Source of the DNA: Auanema rhodensis
Lineage: Eukaryota > Animalia > Nematoda
Direction of reading: 5' to 3'
Assembly (NCBI GenBank): GCA_964057225.1
Contig: OZ059897.1
Location: 11,284,001-11,348,000, forward strand
Length of the DNA stretch: 64,000 nt
Below, piece by piece: positions 46,056 through 57,100 of the stretch. The notes below the pieces were generated by a model. It saw only the letters and a program-made list of their open reading frames with translations. It was not told where the DNA came from and did no database searches. The translations under genes and the position numbers were made by a program. The stretch's first letter is position 1, and the number at the start of each line of letters is the position of its first letter.

Positions 46056-46686
46056 CACGCATATCGATGGTTAATAAACACTAATAACTGCACTGTGGGG
46101 GTTCAAATATAGTATAATCATTTTAACATTTCAAAAGTTTTAGTTTCGTAATATAATCATTAGTAAATATTCAAGAATGAAATATTTTTCACATATAAAA
46201 CGTTGGCACTCATATGTTTTGTGCTACAATATGGGTTTAAAGGTATACTATGAATAATATATGAGCTATTAAGCAAAGTTTAAAAAGCGTAAATGTTTTA
46301 CAGAGATGGCTGTTGTTTATGGCACAAACGGTAAACAATAATGTTTAAAGAGATGTAAAAACTAATTAATATGCAGATTGTTTACAGGTTCAGAGTGCGC
46401 GAACTGCTGGCAACTGTCGATGAGATGAGCATATCTGCATAAATATGCTGTAAAATCTAATTAATAAAAGAATTTCATCAGCAAACTTGATTGTAACACA
46501 ATGGGTTGTACTTTACAAAAATCTTTGTATAAAAGGTTGGCAATTTTGCTACATTTACATTTCAGCTCTGCCAACTATCCGAGGATCCGACGTTTCACCA
46601 TCTTCTGCTACTCTTCGTCAATCGCCATAGACTGCTCCTCTCTGCAAGTTTGCCTTATATTTTAGAAAGTTGGATCTTTAGCGGAA

Positions 46687-47047
46687 ATGAAGCGTGCTGT
46701 ACTTGCTGATGTGACAAATGTTGTGCGCAAATCGCCTGAACCTGAAATACCACGACCACCCACACCAGCTCCAAATTTTACAAGTTTTGGTATGAACCAT
46801 AACTTGTATTTTTTAAATCTTTAATTTAGATTCACCAATAAAGCAGATGGAGATTCTGAGAGAGAGCACTCCACCAAGGAGTGTATTAATGAGACCAATT
46901 TGTCTCTGCAAAACTTGTAGGGAATCATTGCAGGTTATAGACGAGTATCACTGTTTCAGCCTCTGTATAAAGTGTAGAGGAAGGAATGATGCGTTGGGTC
47001 TTTTGAAGGAATTTTGTCACTATAAGCCCGAAAATTTCTCTATTAAT
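46687..47047 (+). CDS. Spliced Maverick accessory protein with D-box, S/T-P sites and Cys/His cluster (3' exons uncertain)
   Basis: Exon 46687-46789, 40-nt GT..AG intron, exon 46830-47047 in frame, then donor GTAAGC. Confidence 0.55.
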
Positions 47048-47563
47048 GTAAGCTTGCATATTTATTTATTTTCAATTTTATCATTTTTTCGATGCGCTCT
47101 TATAACACCATGCCGTGCAAACAATTGTTGAACAATATGGGCTATATTGTTATATATGCAGATGAGGCTACTGTAAAGACTTTTGGTTATAAACAGAATG
47201 TATTCTACTTTAAAATAAGTCCAGAAGCACTCAACCTGAACATGTTTATCCGCTTTGATCCTTCATTTTGACTACAACAAGCACAAATAGTACAATTGGC
47301 GTTTTATTCTTGTTTTGTTATGTGGTATTTTTATATTCTCAGCCGTAACATTTTTTTCCAGCCCTTGCGAATATCCATCAATGGCTCAACAATTGAGGAC
47401 GAATGATCAACCAACTGGTAAGAATTTGAAAATTTGAATAGTCTACATTTTTTTTTTGCATGTTGAATTGTTGTTTGTATTTTGCTGGTTTTTTATTGTT
47501 ACATTATACGATATATCAAATAAATCATTTATTATAATTACAATTGTTTATAACATTGAAAAG

Positions 47564-48593
47564 TTATACATTTAAATTTTCTGCATCTATCCATTCATTA
47601 AAGTTGTCGGGATATCCACTCCATTTTACAAATACTTGACGTTTACCGCTTCGAGTACGCTCTTTTAAAACTTTTTCTATATAGTACTGGTTGCTTTTAT
47701 TAGTAGCCAAGACAAGTTCAGGTTCGTAAAATATTCCCTTTATACGTTCACCATTATAATCTACAAGTTTATACACGGTTGGGTTTCCGGTTACAACCAC
47801 ATCAATTGTGAATAGCTCCATTGTATATCCAGACTCGTAGCTTTTTTCAAAAGTACGCCTATTTTTGCTTATGCGAACAGTATCACCAATTTTAAAGCGG
47901 CTTTTAACAGCTGGTGCATATTCTTCAATGAATATATTTGCTTTAACATCAATGGGCCGCATTTTTATGGAGCGGTTATAAGATTTGTTTATTCCTTCAA
48001 CCAAATCATCTAGGATATCAATCCAACGATGATTATTCTTGTAATAGAGATATTTCATCATGCGTGTTTTTAAAGTTCTATTTGCTCGCTCCACCATTGC
48101 AGCCTTTTGTGGTGAACTTGTAGATCCGTGCAGTATGGCAAACTTTTTGAATAGTTTTTCGCAATGACTATTATAAAACTCTGTGCCATTATCAGTAATC
48201 AACTGAATTGGTATAAAATTCTTGAATAAATTTTCAAATGCACTAGCAACCTCTATACCACCTTTAGTTTTCAAAGGCCTAACATATAACATGCGTGTAT
48301 AAACATCAATCATGGTCAACATGTAAGCATAGCCGTCGTTTAATTTTTTATATTTTTGCATATCAACCAAATCTGCTTGCACTGTTAGAAATCGACCACA
48401 TCCTCTAGTCTTTCTAGTCTGCATACGCATTCTGGTTGGTTTATGCCGTGTAAAAGTTTCAGAATCCTGCAAAAAATCATCGACTTGTACCTTTGAAATG
48501 CCATGTTTTCGTGCTTGCGATAATAAATTCTTGGCTGATGTATATGAAGCTGGATGTTTTATATCGTAATAAATGCTCGCCAAAATATCATTT
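47564..48593 (-). CDS. Retroviral-type (RVE) integrase with C-terminal chromodomain; start uncertain
   Basis: QADLVDM, TDNGTEF, VERANRTLK triad; YYIEKVL...VKWSGYPDNFNEWI. Confidence 0.93.
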
Positions 48594-49304
48594 CCATAAT
48601 CGAATGTAGAACCTTTTACGACCTTGGGAATTCTGTGAGTCTCCTTCTTGTGGTGTGTAATATGATTCGGCGGCAGTATCAAAAGTCTTTGACCTTTTAC
48701 TTTTGAGTGTACGAACCGGTGATGGTGAATATCGAATAACAGCTTTACGATGACGAGGCGTTCTAGGTAATATAGTAGAGTCCAAGTCTGTAACAGCCGG
48801 TTCAGCTCTAGTTACAACGTCAACTGAATCATTGTCAGGCGACTCTCTTCTAGTTTGTTTCTTGTTAGAACTAGATACGCCTTTACTGGCTAAAAACTTT
48901 GACAAGACTGAAAATCCATTGGGCTCCGTTTTTGTTTTATCCAATACAAAATCTAAAATTTTTGTAATATTGGTGTTTGGTACAGCCTCATTATTAATCA
49001 CAAGTTGGTTATTCTTGTTTGTGCGCACCTCTGGAAATTTCTCCCACAAATTGTTATACTTTCTTGGCAACTTGTATTCTGGCAATAGAGGTGGATCAGC
49101 ATTTTCCACTTGTACTGATATGGGCGCATCTATACTTTCTCTGTAGTTTTTGAGACGAGCAATCAAGTCTTCGTATAGTTCAGCCTTTTTATAGTCGGGT
49201 ATAGCTTTATTTTCTCGTAAAAGCTTGAGCTCTGCATCAAACTTGTCTATATTAATTGTTTCCTCGTCGACAGGAATTAGTCGATATTTATGGTTGAGCT
49301 TCAT
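48588..49304 (-). CDS. Maverick protein of unknown function (238 aa, basic S/P-rich tail)
   Basis: ATG ORF in tight cluster between ATPase and integrase. Confidence 0.7.
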   Translation of the reverse strand: MKLNHKYRLIPVDEETINIDKFDAELKLLRENKAIPDYKKAELYEDLIARLKNYRESIDAPISVQVENADPPLLPEYKLPRKYNNLWEKFPEVRTNKNNQLVINNEAVPNTNITKILDFVLDKTKTEPNGFSVLSKFLASKGVSSSNKKQTRRESPDNDSVDVVTRAEPAVTDLDSTILPRTPRHRKAVIRYSPSPVRTLKSKRSKTFDTAAESYYTPQEGDSQNSQGRKRFYIRLWK

Positions 49305-49609
49305 GATTTAAAACCAAAATAGGCAATACCACATGTAACTATTGTTTTCAATTGTTTGTGTGAAAGCGTTGCCAATAATGATTTAGCCTTTTCTGGTGTG
49401 CGTATCAAAGCTATTTGACGTAATAATGAAGATATGGGCAAGAGGGTTTTATATTCCTTGTTAGTTAAAAGAAAATTATTATTTTTCACAATATTAAATA
49501 CAATTTCAACAATAATTTCAATTTGTGCAAAAGAAAATGAGGGAACAGAACAAGGAGTTTTGGCGCAAGAAGACAAAAAGTTGAAATTTAACAAAATACG
49601 ACCACTCAT
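49301..49609 (-). CDS. Maverick small protein of unknown function (102 aa)
   Basis: ATG ORF with ATGA overlap into the next gene. Confidence 0.65.
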   Translation of the reverse strand: MSGRILLNFNFLSSCAKTPCSVPSFSFAQIEIIVEIVFNIVKNNNFLLTNKEYKTLLPISSLLRQIALIRTPEKAKSLLATLSHKQLKTIVTCGIAYFGFKS

Positions 49610-49621
49610 TGAACAAGCACT

Positions 49622-50269
49622 TTAAACACTAAACACATTTCTGGCAACATAAACAATAGGGTTCTCCGCTGTTATATAAGATAGTATATGCTGCTTCTCA
49701 CTTGTTAAAGGATGATTGTCAATCAGTAAATGACTATAGGGAGTAGACATTGCATCATCATACGCCTCTAGAGCATTTTTGAAACGTGGCCCAAATAATT
49801 GCTGCAGACAATTACGTATTTGTAATATATCTGAATGACTTTTCATCAGTATTATATATGTACTATTGACCCGACTGGTCCTGTCCAGTTGAAATGCCGC
49901 TTGCACAAGATTAAACACTGCCAAGTTCCAGTGATGAGCCCATACTGTAAAAATATTGTTGAATAATTTCTTTGCTGCTTTATTCGATGAAAAAAAGTTC
50001 ATCAAATCATCCAGCACTAGTATAGTATTTACTCCCTTTTGTTCTTTTATCAAATCAGGATCAGGCGGCCCTTGAATAATTATTAAACGCTCATCATTTA
50101 TTGGTACACCTGACGATGACCCACATTGAGTGAACCAGAATATTCTATCAATGGGGACGTTGAAAAACTTTTCAGTATTTTCACATATGTGCTTTATGAG
50201 GGTTGTTTTACCGCATTGGGTAGCACCTATTACTGTTGTCTGACTGGGTAGTTTGAAGCTGAAAACCAT
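49622..50269 (-). CDS. A32/FtsK-HerA-type DNA packaging ATPase
   Basis: Walker A GATQCGKTT, Walker B LVLDD, HH....LVQ, RVNSTY. Confidence 0.92.
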   Translation of the reverse strand: MVFSFKLPSQTTVIGATQCGKTTLIKHICENTEKFFNVPIDRIFWFTQCGSSSGVPINDERLIIIQGPPDPDLIKEQKGVNTILVLDDLMNFFSSNKAAKKLFNNIFTVWAHHWNLAVFNLVQAAFQLDRTSRVNSTYIILMKSHSDILQIRNCLQQLFGPRFKNALEAYDDAMSTPYSHLLIDNHPLTSEKQHILSYITAENPIVYVARNVFSV

Positions 50270-50348
50270 AATCAACCACTCGTAAATGTACCTAAAATGC
50301 AAATGATTTCATTTGCAGTAGTGTACACGTATCAAGTGGTGGTTTGTC

Positions 50349-51209
50349 ATGGATGATTTTTACATTACTCTTCCATCATCAGTTGACTCTGAAAAAAGTA
50401 ATACATCATCAGTGTTTCTTACCAGATTACCTGAAACACTAAGGATACTCAATAATAGGTATTGCATTGGGCTGACAGACATCATTTTTCCTTGTTCAAT
50501 GTTCAAAAAGATTTATCTTATACACTACGTTTTTCCAATAGAAAGTTTATTCTGCACTTGCCTAAAGGCAACTATGCAAATGGTGATGAAATAATACGCG
50601 GAATCAATGCTGGAAGGGAATCATTTATCGCCAACAATACAAAGCCTCTTGGAGCTGAGGAAGAAGCACGTATAAAAAGTTTAATAGATAAAGATGAAGA
50701 TGTAAAAAAATGGTATAATAATCGCCAGGCTGAGGCTAAGCTAGTGGAGGAAATGCTCGCAGATGCCACATTTCAGTTTAACAAAACATTGCAGCGCATA
50801 GAGTTTGTAACAAGCAAGCGACTATTAATGAATGCAACGCTTGGTGATGATTTTGCATATTTTCTTGGTTTTGAAAATAAAAACATGAACGATACAATAA
50901 TAGCCAGGCGTCCCATTGATTTTTCAAATAACATTAATACAATGTATATATATTGTGATATTGTAGAATATTGTAGAATATTCCATTCTTGGTAATGTGA
51001 AAGCTAATTTACTTGCATGTTTACCTGTACCACTTCCTACTGAATTTGGTAAAATGATTGCCAAAACATTTAATCCTATTCGTTATGTACCAATCACTAG
51101 ACAAACACTCGATACCATACGTATTGAAATTTTAGATGAATTTGGTCGTCCTATGCAATTTAATTATGGTTCTACAGTTGTTACATTGCATGTTAAAAAT
51201 ATGAAATAA
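50349..51209 (+). pseudogene. Minor capsid (penton-like) protein with two frameshifts
   Basis: MDDFYITLPS, LPETL, YIYCDIVE, NLLACL, PIRYVP, IRIEILDEFG, VVTLH across three frames. Confidence 0.85.
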
Positions 51210-51214
51210 ACGTT

Positions 51215-51679
51215 TTATTCAACAGTTATACAATACCACATTTTTATTTTCGAAGGTTTAAAAGATAGTTTAGAACAGTTTTGTTTGTCGCTCGGCTCGT
51301 GTTGTGAATGTTCTCCGTCACTATTGCTGCGGCATCTTTTTGATTGGGTTGAATGTACAAACTCCTCAGCTTTTTCAAAGGGTTTGCTGATATCATTTCC
51401 ATCACCATCTTCACCATTCGTTCCATTATTATTATGAATACGCCGAATATGACGCTCACAATTGAATCTTGTTCCAAAAGTTGCACTACAATGAGGGCAC
51501 AAACGTCTACGAACACCATCCAAATGTCCATATTTTTGAATAAAGTCAGCATTGCTGATATGATTGTTACATACGGGTTGAATCCCTGCATGCCTTTTCA
51601 AAACGTGATCACTAAAATGCTTGGTTGAAGAAAATATTTCCTTGCATGTACCACAATATTTGTTACATAAAAGTTCCAT
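51215..51679 (-). CDS. Two-finger C2H2 zinc-finger protein
   Basis: CxxC..HxxxxH twice. Confidence 0.75.
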   Translation of the reverse strand: MELLCNKYCGTCKEIFSSTKHFSDHVLKRHAGIQPVCNNHISNADFIQKYGHLDGVRRRLCPHCSATFGTRFNCERHIRRIHNNNGTNGEDGDGNDISKPFEKAEEFVHSTQSKRCRSNSDGEHSQHEPSDKQNCSKLSFKPSKIKMWYCITVE

Positions 51680-51720
51680 TAGAGGAAAATGAAAAACGAC
51701 CACACGCAATCAACCCACTT

Positions 51721-51891
51721 TTATATAATGAGCAATAATATGACTAGTGTTGTACAAAAGCCCAATCCCAATGCTATACCTTTAATAAATGGCACTGAAA
51801 TACATTTCAACATTCTCCTGTATAAAGGCGCTGGTTTAGATTGCTCCAACGTGTATTTGACACATAATTCACCGTGACAAGGAATATTCAT
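51721..51891 (-). CDS. Small membrane protein
   Basis: Copy of 39-209. Confidence 0.5.
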   Translation of the reverse strand: MNIPCHGELCVKYTLEQSKPAPLYRRMLKCISVPFIKGIALGLGFCTTLVILLLII

Positions 51892-51932
51892 AACTGACCA
51901 CGTAATGTAGCAGGTTATTAATGACAAATTTC

Positions 51933-52388
51933 TTATATAGTAGCCAATTTATAGTCGAATACTTTATGCATAAACGCTTTAATAAAGACATCATCATTTT
52001 TCAATAGTTTAAAAAATGAACAAATGCTTTCAAATGAATTACCAGCCGACAACATTAGTATTACAAATACCACATAGCCACCACAAGTGTATTTAATTAA
52101 ACGTTGTGGTTTGCAAGTATTTATTTTTACCTTTTTATATTTGGCCAGATAATTTTGAATGTACTTGTTCATTTCATATCCCAAGCTACAGAAAAAATAG
52201 GCTTGCTTGTTACGGACAAAGATGACCTGCCAATGTGTGCCTGGCTTATCAAGTGTGTCAGTATTTACGACAAGTGCAATGTTTTTACGACGCGTTTTGG
52301 GTAGAGTATCAGCGCTGTATACACCGAGGAATAGTTTCCGAGTGCTGGGGACAGATTGCAATAGTGATACTATTTCAGACGAATACAT
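51933..52388 (-). CDS. Adenain-like protease
   Basis: GTHW / CGGY motifs. Confidence 0.9.
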   Translation of the reverse strand: MYSSEIVSLLQSVPSTRKLFLGVYSADTLPKTRRKNIALVVNTDTLDKPGTHWQVIFVRNKQAYFFCSLGYEMNKYIQNYLAKYKKVKINTCKPQRLIKYTCGGYVVFVILMLSAGNSFESICSFFKLLKNDDVFIKAFMHKVFDYKLATI

Positions 52389-52439
52389 TTTAGTAGAATG
52401 ATCTAGTGTAACTTTTGTGTTGCGCGCGTGCGGTTCGAT

Positions 52440-52892
52440 ATGCCGCACCTCCTTTTGGATGTCAACTCTATTCAATGGACAACACTTTTAAATCAACAAA
52501 TGGGTGGCGCCCCATTTAGCGGAATGATGTTTCAACGTGGAATGCAGAGGGGTCATGGTTTGGGTGGTATTTTGGCAACTCTGGCATCATTTCTACCACG
52601 CATCATTCAATCACCTATAGCCCAAAATCTCATCAATGCCGGAAGAAACGCCTTATCCAGTGCTGTAAGCAATAGTCCAGTTGTAAGTTCACCTCTTGGC
52701 GGACAGTTGCTGAAAACTGGTAATGAAATTGTCGATGGGGTGCTGAAAGGCGATAATATCAAGGAAACTCTTAAAACAGCCGGCCGGCAAGCTATACGAG
52801 ATCTTACCGGCTTGGGCAAACGGCGACGACGCAAAACCATAAAACCTCATAAGCGGTTGTGCATCACTCGTGAGCGGTCGTTTCACATTTAT
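52440..52892 (+). CDS. Putative core protein (in frame with MCP)
   Basis: As other copies; junction codon TAT. Confidence 0.65.
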
Positions 52893-54169
52893 ATGGCTAA
52901 ATTGATAGATTCAAAATCAGCACAAGCCCTTTTACCTAATATCAACTATGGTGATATACCAGCGTCGGCATTAGGTGTAGAGTCTACTCGTACTGTACAA
53001 GTCCCTTTGAAAAATACGTTTCTTCCTCAAGGACCATGGGAATTTGTTATAGCTCAAAATTCCAAATCATTCCTCAATCTGAGAAGATGTTGGTTGAATG
53101 TAAAATTTAAAATTGTAACCACAAACGGTGATCCAGTACCAGACAACCTTGTTTTTGCACCATGTCAACAATTTGATGCCAGTTTAATACATTCGTATCA
53201 TTTGAAAATTGGTGATGTTAGCGTGTATGACTCTACCGTGAATCATGCCTATAAAACATATATAGAGAATATTTTAATGTATAGCAACGATGTTAAAAAG
53301 AGCAAACTTGCCATATCAGGCTATTATGCTGATAGATATATAGATAATGCATCCAGTGCTGGATTTAGAACGCGTCAAGCGCTTGTAAAAAATGGCATAT
53401 TGTGTGAGATGGCTGCTCCCGTCAGTATCGACCTATTTAATCAAGAGCGACTGTTTGTAAACTATTCAAAAATGGAGCTAACTGCATATCCAAACCGTGA
53501 TAACTTTTTAATTGACACTCTAGGCTGGAATAATGAAAACAAGGATATTACATTAAAGGAGGAGTTTCCAAATTTGAAAGTAGATATCAGCGATGTACAT
53601 TTGCTCATTCAAGAGTTTGATCTAAACGCTGGATTAGCTATGGCAATAGAAGATAAACTCGCAAAGGATCAAATACACTACCCCATGACATCAGTGAAAA
53701 TGCGCTCTTATTTCACAGAAGGAGGCCGCTTGGATTCACCTAATAATATATTATTCACGTCTCACACACCAAAACGTGTTGTAGTAGGTCTTGTTGGCGC
53801 ACACGCTTATAATGGTACTTTTAAACATCCGCCATTCAACTTTAAACCGTTTGATTTGAAAAATATATACTTGACGCTCAACAATAGGGTAATACCTACC
53901 CGTCCTTATAATTTAGAATGGCGATCTTCCTATGGCACATCATATATTGACATACTGGAAGGTTTGGGACTTGGTCGTACAGATTCATCCAATGGTATTA
54001 CACCAGCAATGTATAAAGCTGGTTTCACATTTTTTGTATTTGATATTTCTCCTACTGTGCATTCGTCAGAGTTATTTGATGTTATATGACAAGGTAATGT
54101 AGCCTTGAAATTGGAATTTGGTCAACAAACGCCGCAAGAGGGCTTATATGCAATTGTTTATGCAGAGTA
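52893..54169 (+). pseudogene. Major capsid protein, nonsense at 54087 and 3' deletion
   Basis: CGA>TGA relative to A/B; joined to polB at 54170-54182. Confidence 0.85.
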
Positions 54170-54182
54170 AAAGGTGTAAAGG

Positions 54183-57100
54183 TTTGTAAAAGGCGGTGGT
54201 GCCAAGTGTGAATCCTCTGGTACTGTTGTGCAGTACGCAACATTATCCACAATTTTGAATCCAGTGAGTTCCCTTGCAGGATCAGTAATGATCCTACCAA
54301 TTTCTGGGTCCTCAACACCAATAATCTTGGTTTGGGCTTTATCAGGTCTTTGACCCATTTTACCCCAGACACTATAAGCAAACTTGTAATGTATTGTTTT
54401 AAAAAGTTTACAAACCTATTTAGCTGCAGTTTGGCAATGCTACGCATGGCAGCATTCTTTTCAATTTTATTGCTCTCCAGAGCAACACCAGTGTTCTCCT
54501 CGTGTTCTTGGAGATATATCACCTGTAATATTCTATTTAATGTGATACTTTTATTAAAACATACCTTTTCTTGCTCTGTCATGTTTGGCTTTGGCCAGCC
54601 CGACGCCTCTTGTTTAATTTTTATGTACTTTTGTACAAACTCTTTAAACAGGCCGCCTTGTTGCCATTCTTCCCAGTGCCACACCTGATGCACATGAAGC
54701 ACTTTATAGCCACGTTGTATGGCACACTCAAGCTCAACATGTGCCACAGTTAGATGCGGTTTTCGAGCATTTACATCATTTTGGTGCTCACATGTTACAT
54801 TTTTACTTTTGACTGCACAAGTGCGGCAGTTTGTAAAAATTAGTTTACCGCCAATACGTGTGCCTAATACAGGGTACAGCAAATTTGTGGGTGCAAGCAC
54901 GTCACATTTTACTAGACCCTTGTACGGGCAGCATGCCTCTAAGCTTTTGAAACCCTCAGTAATCACTTTGGAATTACCTACAGGGTAGTAGGCATCAAAA
55001 GCGGTGACATATGGATATAGTGAACAAAAGTCCACATACTCGAGCGAGTATCTATCCGAAGCTTGTGCCAAAAGCTTATATGTCTGGGTGCGGCCACCGG
55101 TAAAGGCATCTCTAGGTGCCAAGCGTGTAACTACATTTGTTTCACGCATAAATTTCGCCATTTCTTCATTGGCCGAAATTTGTACATTAATTTCGTGCTC
55201 CCACACTGTGGTAACACTAATGCCTTGGCTTTGAATTGCTTCAAGCCTTTTCATGGTTTTATCATAAACCTAATATTTTCAAATTAAAATGATTTAAAAA
55301 GTCACAATTACCTCTTCCATTGTTTCACCATTTCTGGCTGGTGCTATAGCGCTCTTGTTGGTGCACTGGGGACAACCATGGTAAATACAACCATTAATCT
55401 ACAAAAATTTACATTTTTTACATTTATTACAAATTACTCACCTCATAGCCATGATTGGCAACGGGGTCATAAGCATCGAGTAGATAGCGATGGCCATCTA
55501 CTCTCACTGCAAATTCACCACCATTAAGCTTATGCATTTATGGGCGGCCCAATCCTTGTTCTAGCCATTTTATATACTTTATGGCTATTATACTCTGCTT
55601 TTGACCGGCATAATAACCAGTCTCGGGCAGAATACCCACTTGGTTCTCTTTAATGTGGTTCATTTACAACTGTAATATACTAGTTTTGAAAATGCTTGTA
55701 TTTTAAAAAACTTGCCTGGAATAAAGAGAAACTGGCAAATATCATACATTGTATGACAGGGTTCCAGCCAGTGGTGGCGGTTGCCAACTTCATGTAAACT
55801 TTCATACAGTTGGTTAAAATACGGACATCTGTCCTACAATATTCCAAAAGCTCTTCAGTAAAATCAAACGCTCTTTGATTACGCTCTTCATACCAAATAT
55901 TGAATGAAGCTAGGTCTTCTGCTTTCATTCTAGCAGTACAATAGTACTGTTTTGGTGGTAAAGATGGTAACACTTTGCCATAATTTATTGGATGGTTAAA
56001 GAGGTAAGGAAACTGTCCTTTACTCATATCAGGTACACCAAATGCCTTGGGTAACGCTGATAGGGGTAAAGGCACTAATAAATAACTATCTTTAAAATAT
56101 AAATGATTAAATTTTTGACCTCTTAAAGGCTTGACAACCATGCTAATAATCTTGGTCCCATTTAAAATTGGATCAGGATATATTCCACGGTTTATCAGCC
56201 TAGACACCAAGAAATGTATGTCAAAGCGTGAACCATTATGCGCTATCAAAATTGCATTATCATTCTCAACAGAGTTGAGTAACCAATCAAGGAGACGATC
56301 TGTTACAGACCATTCACTATCACCTTGTTGATACCCAAACTGGCCCTCCTTGGTTGTGCATTTTTCACATGAGTTGGCATCTATACAACTTCCACAAAAT
56401 TTGTTATACACAACCATATTGGGCCATTGTTCATCTGCATATTCATGAACATTTGTACCGTTTTTTAACAAAACCGTTTCAAAGTCATAAAATATAATCT
56501 TAAACAAGTAAGCATTACACTTGTAAAGATGTTAAATACAAACCTTGTATTTCTCTTGCCTCTTTTTTAACTGATCCTTTTTCTTGTCGTTAGGTGGTAC
56601 CCAACAACAAGAATGATCTTCAGGCTTTGTCTGACCACACTTTTTGCAAAATTTCTCATTGCAATTGTGCGGTCTATCTGCACGCACCCTGTGATAATGA
56701 TCACAGTTTTCACATGTCTGAATTTAGTCTTGTAAAATTTTATATATATTTTTTAAATTACCTTAAACATTCGACATGTTTTTCTAATATGCCTGTCGAA
56801 GCATTGACGAGTTTTAAACAAAACTCTACAACTATCACATCTTATGCTACTTTCAACCACATTTTCCATCGAATTACAATTTAAGGTGTGGCATTTCTTA
56901 CACTTGGCTTTACATCTATGCAACACTGTTTTGTAAGATAATTTACAGTGTTGGCATATAATACCATAAAAAAGCTGTGATCTACTACAAGTTGTAATAT
57001 AGTCATAATGATTATTTCGGTAGCCTAGTGTTACCACTTTGCTAGCCGTTTCATTAAAGATACGCTGAATAGCGTACATACGCTGTCCAGGTGGCCTAGC

